Positions 54,892 through 64,000 of a stretch of DNA of 64,000 nucleotides are shown here, in pieces. Each line of letters begins with the position of its first letter. Positions within the stretch are counted from its first letter, which is position 1. Below the pieces are notes generated by a model. That model saw only the letters and a list, made by a program, of their open reading frames with translations. It was not told the origin of the DNA and searched no databases. The position numbers and the translations under genes are program-made. Source of the DNA: Chrysomallon squamiferum. Its lineage: Eukaryota; Animalia; Mollusca. The stretch is from the NCBI GenBank assembly GCA_012295275.1, contig CM022671.1:22506001-22570000 (forward strand), given 5' to 3'.

Positions 54892-57282
54892 TTCTCTCTT
54901 TCTTTCTTACTCTTTCTCGCTGTCTGCCTGTCTTTTTATCTCTCTTGTCAATTTTCCTTCTGTCTAACAGTCATAATAAATTTGATATTTGATAAGAGAT
55001 CAAGTGCTAATTTAAAACATAAAACACAAATAAGCCTGTTCAATACACCACTGTACATAAATACCTAATTCTGCGTGTGGGAGAGCTACATTTAAGATAA
55101 TGATAACAAATTTGTTTGTTTTACTGACAAACCCTGTCTGAGAATAAAATTAATCTGCTGTTTCAGATAATCTATAATGGCCGTATTGATTGTAGGTGCA
55201 GTTTTCAATTATTTACTGAGCTAGTTAGGAATAAACGCAGTGCTTACAAGTGTACTAATACATTATTTATTTATTTTTTTTGTTGTTTTTTCATTTGTAA
55301 ATGTATTACACTTCATGAATTTCAGTCAAAATAATATTAAAGTGGCAATATGTTGATTTATATAAATGTATGATCTGTATGTGTATCTGTCTTTGTCTGT
55401 CCATCTCTATGTCAGTGCATATGTGTTTTTTCTTTCTACATTTACATCCGTCAGTTTTTTTTTTCTTTTTCACTCTTTCTTTTGGTTTTCTATCTTTTAA
55501 TCTTTCTGTTTTCCTTTTTTTTTTTTTTTTTTTTCCAGTATTTTATTAAGCATCAGAAACTTTGCTTTTAAGTACCTCTACACAAAAATCAAACAAAAAA
55601 CACTCGAAATGACCCATCCATACTTAAAAAAAAGTCACCAAATTAACATACGTAGCATACTTGCTTTCCTGAGCAGCACTTTAAAACTGACACTATTTTT
55701 TTAGTTGTTGTTGTTGTTGAAACAGTTGAGTCACGGCCTGTCTGCTGAAAGTATACAGCATTTCTCAGCTAATCTCCCAGTCTTTGTTAGGGATATAGGC
55801 TCACCGTAGAGAGCTTTGATCACGGGGCCAAGTTTAATATTGAAAAACTGAAAGAAGTTTATTTGTTTACCCTCGTATGAGGCCGTCTGTCATTCCTCTT
55901 TGGCCAGTAGTTTATGGTATTATTTGCTAATTTCCTTCATTGTATGACTACGTTTATCTCTTTTTCGCGCTGCTTAGTTCAGATTATTCTGCGAAGGTTT
56001 GGAAAAAGAAGATGCATAAATCTTCTTAACCTCTGTAATATTAACTTTCCAAAGCATGTCGCGATTATTCCAGTTTTGTGATTTCATAGTGTCGTGTACA
56101 AAGGCTTTTTATCTGTTGCCTTTATTACGGTAGCAAATATTTCACCTGTAATTAAGATTATTGTTGTCAGCTGTATGTAATATTACTAAATGTATTTCAT
56201 ATATTTCATACTTGTATATACATGCTACACTGTACTTGTCATGTACATTATGTATATTGCTGTATACCATCCATTTCTGCATTCTAATTAGTATTTGATT
56301 TACATCAGTGTATTTAATCACCAGTTATGTCATCTTTTGAAGTAGCTTAGTTATAATTTATTTAAAATTAATTTTCTTTGGCATTTACATACACATGCTT
56401 TACCTTATGATCACCTCAGTAAAACAGCATGGTATAAATATGGAACATTATATATTAGATAGGTTATGCAGGATGTTAGATATTTTTTATATGAAATACT
56501 TTATATTACATACATACATAATATCAGTATAAATTTAAGGGTTTCATTTATTTTGTGGGTGCGTGTGTGTGTTTGTGTACACAGAGAGAAAGAGTTAATA
56601 TAGATGCAATTAATCAAAAAAAATAAATAAATATGTAAATATATATATATATATAAAAGAAGAAAAACAAACAACAGTATTTGAATAATAAATCTCTAGT
56701 TACGCATAACAATAGAATAGTATTCCTATCTATAAACGTAAATATTATTTTTGTGTTTGAATCTGAATTATACGATTATTACGGTGGTGGTTAGAGTGAA
56801 GCCAAAACGTTTTAACGTTGTACAGTTTCCAGTGGATTGTTTGTACAAGGCTTCTTTTTATCTTGTCTTCTGGGACGTCTGAGTGACAACATGCTGCTAG
56901 CTGGCAACCCAGAGATCTCCCTTCGGAACCCGCTTAGCCATGTCTTTCTGTGTCTGTGTAAATTATCACTTCACCTGGGAAATCAGGTGCGATTCTCATG
57001 CATTCTGTCTCTTTTTCTGGGCTTTTTTTTCTTTTTCTTTTTTTTTTTTTTACTCCTTTTTTTTTTTTTTTTTGTTGTTGTTAAATATTCAGATGTGTCA
57101 GCCTTCGAGGGTGTTTGGTGCAAGGATATTTCAGCTGTGATTTTGTTAAAAATCTTTTTTTTTTTTTTAAAGTGTAGGAACCTTTAGTCATACACACACA
57201 CACAGCCTGTTTTTATCCGTCAGTCTCAATTTCTGTTTCTATCTCTGTCTCCCTTTCTGCCTTTCTTGTTTGCATGCACACA

Positions 57283-57323
<41 letters not shown>

Positions 57324-57649
57324 ACACACACACAAACATTAATACACCAAAAACGAATCTTTAAGTTGACATTTAAACAGTGTTGTTTTCTGCATTTTTG
57401 TTAGAAAATGAAAGCCAGTAAAGTACAGTTGTAAAAGGAAATTTTGTAGATAAAGCAGAGTGTGTTAAACATTTGGCTTTTTTCATTTTCTTACAGCAGA
57501 ATTATATTTGTTGGGATTTTATCTTCTGGAGTTTTATTGTCCACTGGAATTATGTTTACTGAAATTTTAGTCAACTGAATTACATCCAATGAAACGTTGT
57601 GGATTGGAGTTAATAATACCTAGGTGTTTATATTTCTTTGTTGTTGTTG

Positions 57650-57680
<31 letters not shown>

Positions 57681-58535
57681 CTACTTACGTTACATGCATA
57701 GTCATTATCTTCTGCCACTGGGTTCATTATAATTTTTCATATGTCAACAGACTCTTCCACTTATTAGAGCCTCCGTTTTTACAGTACAAATTTATGGGGA
57801 AAAGTTTATCAGTTGTGTTTAACCACGAACTGTGACCTATGAAACATTAATAATATATTTTCATCTCTTCCTCCCATTTTACAACTTCAGCCTGGTATTA
57901 ACATCACACAGCCTGTCTTGATACTGTTAATACCAAGCTGTATGTAACAAAAATGTTGTCATTTGTTGCGATAATGTTTAGGAGCCAGGCTGGAAGCTGG
58001 CCTGAAGCATGCAACCTTCTTACAGTACCAGGTTATTTTTTTTTAATGGTTGTCATAAAAAGCGATGAAGCAGGGTGTTGTATGGGAGTGTTCCCTGTAT
58101 TAAATTGTCAGCTGGTTAATTCTGGCAAAGTCTTGTTAAATCTCTTCATTTGGCATTTGAAGGACAGAGTCATATGTTTGTTGTCAGCTTCAGAGTTAAC
58201 AGAAGTGAACAGTTTGTTGTTGTATGAAAGGGGTTAATATACTGTGGTCACCATGCTGTTGCTACTGGATGCTTTTATTAAAAAAAATTATTTTCTTGTT
58301 TTATCTTTTTTTTTCTTCTTTTTTTCTGTTTTTTTTTAAATTTATTTTACCTTTTTATTTTCATTTTTATTTTGTTTTGTTTTGTTTTGTTTTGTTTTGT
58401 TTTGTTTTGTTTTGTTTTATTTTAAGATTTTATTTTATTTTTTATTACTGTGGGTTTTTTTTGGGGGAGTTATAAAAAATATATATTTCTTTTATTTTTT
58501 AAAATATGTTTTCCAGTTATTATTATTATTATTAC

Positions 58536-58568
<33 letters not shown>

Positions 58569-59196
58569 TGCATGACAGACATGGTTAGTTATTTCCTTAT
58601 CACATTAAAAGTAAATAGTACTGCACAATCTTCAAAAAAACAACAACAACAACAACAACAAGAGACATTATTATTCTGACATAACACACATTAACATAGC
58701 TAAAATTGAAGACAGTCGGTTTCTCCATTATAAACCACAACTATTATGCTTTGTTCTGTTACTCTATCAGTTTTCTTCAGACACAATGACATCAAAGCAG
58801 TGTTCAGGTGAACCAAAAGGCACTTGCTAACCACACCGACAAAAGAAGCCAGTGGCAACCAGCAACAAAAGAACCAAACTGATCGACTCTGCTGAATATT
58901 GCTTCAGCACTAAATGGATGTCATTACTGTTAAATTATTTAGCTTCTTTATGAGCTGGGGTTTTTTTTGTGCTTGTAAGTGCTTGTAAGCGTTGGCCATT
59001 GTGAATGGTGTAGCTTTGGCCTCAGTCTCAAGGCTAACAGGTAGACAGTGAGAAATAAATACTGAATAAAGAATTGTTTTTTTTTTTTGATTTAGCAGTA
59101 TATATATATATATATATATGAATATATATTGAAATGTGTAGTTAAAAGATCTTTTGTATAATAAAACAGAAAATTATTTTGTTGTCAGGCAGTGGG

Positions 59197-59227
<31 letters not shown>

Positions 59228-62200
59228 TTTTATTAAATGTTAAGGGATATGTTAAATGTACTTTTCAATAGAAAGAAAAATATTAAAGTTTTATTCTTTT
59301 ATTTTTTTTTTCTTCTTTTGAAATTTAAGTTATTCATTTACTGCTTAGAACCATGTTATATCCTAGGTTTTTTTCAATGGGTTTTTCAAATTAAAATCTG
59401 AGAAACTCATTAAAGGTTTTCAAATAATCAGAAAAATCAGGTTTTTTTTTTTGTCAGTCTTGGTTATTCCTGGCTACATTGTTCTGTATAATATATTTGA
59501 TCAGAAGCTTTGTAAGCCTTGTGACTATTGTGCTGCAACATAAAACATGATATCAGCTGTGTCAGGATAATATTTTCACTTTCTAGGGCAGCAGTATGAA
59601 AATGGCTGGAAATGCAAAAGGTCATTTTTCCTTATTTCTAATTCACTAACCAGTTAATTGAGATCAGGCTGAAGCTGAATGATCAGGCAAACACATCAAT
59701 GCATGAAACGTCATATGATCACTTGTATCTCATTTCCCAAAGGATTACTTACCATTCTGAATTTTTTTCCACACAAATGGTGTATTAAACGCTACAGTAT
59801 GTGCTTTCCTGCATGTGGGAAGGTATAAATTTAAAATTTTCTTGCTAATGAATGAATCTTGCTCGAGGAAGGATATTTTGTGTATTGTATCTTATTCTTC
59901 AATGGGTTTTTTCTTTCTTTCTCTTTTTCCCATTCATCTTTATTCTTTCTTTCTTTTTTTTCTTAACCCAGAATTGATAACATGTTAATGATATAAAAAA
60001 AAATAATAAAATGCTATAGAAAAGTATTTCAGAAAGACATTTTTTAATTTATATTATTAATTTTTTTTTTTTCTGCCTCTAAATTGCAAAGACAAAGCAA
60101 CTTTCCTCTTTTGTATTGCCACCATCTTTACATAAATCACAAGTGACACCTAAATAATCATTAACCATGTAATATTCGGATTCATAACCTGGTGATTACA
60201 ATCTGAATTAACTGACAGTCACTCTAGCAGTGTCTGTGGTGTCATCTTCGCTTTGGGTTAATCAAAGAATGAACGGAGGAGAATCAATAATTTCTCGTCC
60301 ACTGTTCTGGCTGGTGGTCGAGATAAAGTAGAAATGAGATTACTGTGTGTATATACAAACACGCAGACAGACAGACAGGTGGCATTTGTGTGATGAATAT
60401 TGATAGGAGAGGTCAGATGAAAAAAAATAATAACTACAGGAATGCTGACGTTGGGAGATATTCTGTTGTCGTCGTTGTTGCTGTTTGCCAATTTAGTCTG
60501 TTTGTGATATGAAATAATAATAAAAATGTATGATTTTTATGATAATGGGCAATAAAAATAGTAAACTTAATGCTTATAAATATGAATGTGTCTGTGTCTG
60601 CGTGTGATTTTATATAGAAAAATAATGCAGTGCAGTTTATTTTACTTTTTTTTATATATATATAATGATTTATGTATTCATTATTTTTTTTTTTAATTTT
60701 ATTATATTTTATTTTTTTTATTATTTTATTGTATTTCTTTGTATTTGTTTATATATATATATATATATAATTTCAATTAATTTTTTTCTTTCTTTTTTTT
60801 TCTTTTTTGAATGTGATAAAAAAAAAAAAAAAAAATATTTTTTCAGCAAACCTTTCATATATCAGTAATCATAACAAGCTGCTCGAAGCACATTATCTTC
60901 TTAATCTGCTTCTGGGTTCCTGCCTTCACTATCTGCGTTCAAGATTTGGGTGGCCTTATACCCGAGGTTTCAGCGTAACACCAGGTTCAGTCGTTGTTCT
61001 TTTGTACCCGGCTCTTTCAGTGTCTTAACGAGATGTAACTGATCTCACAGTAGCTGCTGGATTGCCAGTTACGCTCAGTGATTCCTTTCAGCCCATCGTA
61101 GCTTTTATATCTCTCAGATGCCTTCACTGTTACCAGAACCAGGCTTTGAAAAAAATTAAAATAACCACAACAGACTGCGCTTGACCTGTTCATTAGTGTT
61201 ATCTTCAACTGTGAAATAGTTTGGAGTTTGTTTTTTTTAATTTAAAAAAAAAGAAAGAATTTTATTAATGTTATTTTTTATTATTGATATTATTTCTGCC
61301 TTTGTAACGTTTTCTTTCTACTGTTTAAAAAAAAATTTAATTTTTTTTTTTTTTATATATATTATCATTTCTTTTATTTTTTTATTTTCTATTTTCTTTT
61401 TAATTTTTATATATATGTTATTCTATTTTTTTCTGTTTCTCTTCTTTTTTTTTTTTTTTTTTTTTTTTTTTTGATGAACTTCATCAGTCATGCAAATACC
61501 ATGAAGACATTTGATTAATTCGATAGTTGCTGATCATGAATGATTGATTATGAATCGTCCAAATAAATTGTAACGAGATAAAAAAACTGTATAATAATTC
61601 TATATGTGTGTGATTTCTATGAAATAAAGAGTGTGTGTGTGCATGACTTTTTTTTTGTGTTATTTAAGAATTTATGGGCAGAAGTAAAAAGCAAATATTT
61701 AGAATATCATATCATTGAAAGGGCTGGGATTTTATTTATTTATTATCAAGAGTAAGAGAAGAATGATTGTTTAAGACCATATTATGGATTTATTTATAAT
61801 TAAAAAAAACCCTGTATAATGGATTTATTAACACAGAAAGCATGTTATGTGTATTGACTTGAACAAAATGTATTAAATGAAAAATGTGTGACATTTTAAA
61901 AGTTTAAAAAAAAAAGAAAAAACAAAAGAATAAAAAAGAATAAATTTTTAAGGAGATGGTTGAGAATACTAAGAAACTATTTTTTAAAAAAGGAAATGAT
62001 AGTAAAAGTAACAATGATAATGATGAAGATGATGATAATAAGTAAGTAAATAAACAATATGAAATCCAAGAATGATATATATATATATATAAATTATCTT
62101 TGAAGTAAAAAAAAGAAAATTCTGGACAGAACAAAAATGGTAGCACTAAAGTTTTCATAATCTCACACATATCAGCCTTCCCTACTTGTAGCATTATTCA

Positions 62201-63002
62201 GATCATTTTCATCTGATCTGCTAATGGGGAAAAAGAAAATAAGGACTAAATACGGATAGTTTTTCAATTTGTCTTTATTCCATCCATCGTCTCATCTGAT
62301 ATTGTGTTCATTAGCCCCAGATCATGGCCCATTTGTCTTTCACTTTCTTCTGTTGAACTGTCAGCCATCTTTCTTTGATGTGAAGCCAGACAAGATTTAT
62401 AACACTCTTGATGAGCTCTCCAGAGGAAAAGTCACCGACCAATCAATAAAGTTCTTTCATTTCAGACTTGCAGCAACAATTGTTTTTTTTTTTGATAACC
62501 ACCATAGGTGCCATAACAGAAGTTGTTGTGATTATTTTTATTTGTTATTTCCCTCCGAGTGGGTTTTTTAAGTCGAGTTTGAGTAAAATGGAGCTTGAAA
62601 TGAGAGCCATGGAATGAGTAATAAAGGCAGTTTTGTGTATTGTTTGTTAATTAGTGATGTGTGTGCAGTCTCTTTATTTGATGTGGTGTGAGAGAGAAAA
62701 AAATTTATCACCGACGCAGTAATTTAACATTGTGTGATAATTCTAAAACGTACGTTGTTAAATTATCTGTATAAACACAGCTTGTAATCTGCATCTTCTG
62801 ATCACTTGTTTTTTTCATTCAAAGGACAGATTTATCTTAGAATGCAAAAAAACCCACAAAAAACCTGAAAAAAAAAAATCCTGAAAAAAACCACTAATAA
62901 AATAACAGTGTCTTGTTTATATAACTTATAACTGTGGTAATAATTTTATGGTTGTAACTTTCCTCTACATTTTTATTTTTTCTGAATTATTTTTTTTATT
63001 GC

Positions 63003-63036
<34 letters not shown>

Positions 63037-63263
63037 TATTTTTATTTTTATTTTTATTTTTATATTTATTTTTATTTTTTATTTAATTATTTAATCTTTG
63101 GAAACTGATTTTAATGGCTGTTAATATATAAACAAAAGCTAAAACATGATATTAAATCACTATTCTTTAGCCTTTCTTTACATGAACTATACATTTAAAA
63201 GTCCATATTAGCAGTTTGGTAATATTCCTTCACTTGTTTCAGATGTAATTTTTAATTATTACA

Positions 63264-63433
63264 ATTCCTTAGATCTAAACTTCATTTCAGAAGAAGCCGA
63301 AAAATTTGTCTTTGCAGTTTCAGATTTTAGTTTAAATTATTATTCCTTTGATTTGAACATCATTTCTAAATCATTTCACAAAAAAGTCCACCTCAAATTA
63401 TTATTATTACTGCTACTACTACCATGACTACTT

Positions 63434-63466
<33 letters not shown>

Positions 63467-63778
63467 TTATTATAAATATTAATAGTCCCATTTCCATGAT
63501 CTAAGCATCATTAATAAACATTGAAAATACAAAGTTCTGTTTCTTATTCCTTTTGATCAAAACTTCAGTTTTTGAACCAGAAATGTGCTTTTCGGAGTAT
63601 TCCTATTCCTTTGATCTGAACTTCAGTACTGAACGTAGAGAAGGCCATTTTCTTATTAAAGAAGTGCTAAATTAGATTGCTCTTTTGAAACATCGGAGCC
63701 ATTTTGAATCGGCAGTGAATGCACAGGACTAACTGAAATAATTACTTTTAACACCTGATGCATTAGATCTAAACATTC
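63264..63778. repeat. Six dispersed copies of a 21-bp motif (consensus ATTCCTTTGATCTRAACWTCA)
   Basis: Copies at 63264, 63342, 63490, 63546, 63605, 63758, separated by unrelated spacers. Confidence 0.7.
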
Positions 63779-64000
63779 TGTTTGTTCTGTGTAATTATAG
63801 CTGACACTTTTTTCTTTTTCCTTTTCTTTTTTAAAACTTCTGTTTATATTTATATTTATTTTTTTTTTTTTCCCTGAATAATAATCTGTTTCTGAAATTT
63901 ATGTTTAATGGCTTTTTATATTTTTTTTTTTTTTTTCAGAATTATTAAAACTTAATGTTTTATTCATTTTTTTTTTTTTAAATAAATATTTGTTTTGTTT

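Noticed and set aside
63264-63778. CRISPR array interpretation of the 21-bp dispersed repeats
   Set aside because: Repeats are degenerate, spacer lengths vary about four-fold, and there is no leader or cas gene; it is animal intronic DNA.
50990-63945. Acceptor-like sites at ~50995, 55538, 57496, 61020 and 63938 as exon 2 of the 48390 gene
   Set aside because: In the required phase-1 frame each hits a stop quickly or runs into low-complexity sequence with no donor.

Overview
AT-rich, microsatellite-dense animal genomic DNA. Spliceosomal introns, mosaic CpG depletion and the repeat style suggest an invertebrate, plausibly a mollusc or other lophotrochozoan (inference). Nothing prokaryotic is present and there is no CRISPR array. 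Three complete intron-containing genes reconstruct with consistent GT-AG junctions and phases: UNC119 (+, 5 coding exons, 24098-26299, 227 aa), LRRC47 (-, 5 exons, 35919-32086, 542 aa) and an SLC15A4/SLC15A3-type lysosomal POT transporter (-, 8 exons, 46063-41399, 632 aa). A fourth gene probably begins head-to-head with SLC15A4 as a 52-nt phase-1 signal-peptide exon (48390-48441) followed by a >15 kb intron. The first ~23.7 kb has no recognisable protein gene. It alternates CpG-rich, motif-dense islands with microsatellites and looks like an unmethylated cis-regulatory landscape. Repeats include a 43-bp minisatellite, a Tc1/mariner-type MITE, a decayed hAT-type MITE, a SINE head and a tRNA-Val pseudogene interrupted by a TSD-flanked A-rich insertion. 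Best leads: (i) two distant motif arrays that share a nuclear-receptor half-site + HMG-box (TCF/Sox)-like grammar, (ii) an SLC15A4 homologue missing the first glutamate of the ExxER proton-coupling motif, with M-box/CLEAR plus ETS-IRF motifs upstream, and (iii) candidate recursive-splice and poison micro-exon signals. All regulatory calls are motif-based inferences made by eye.
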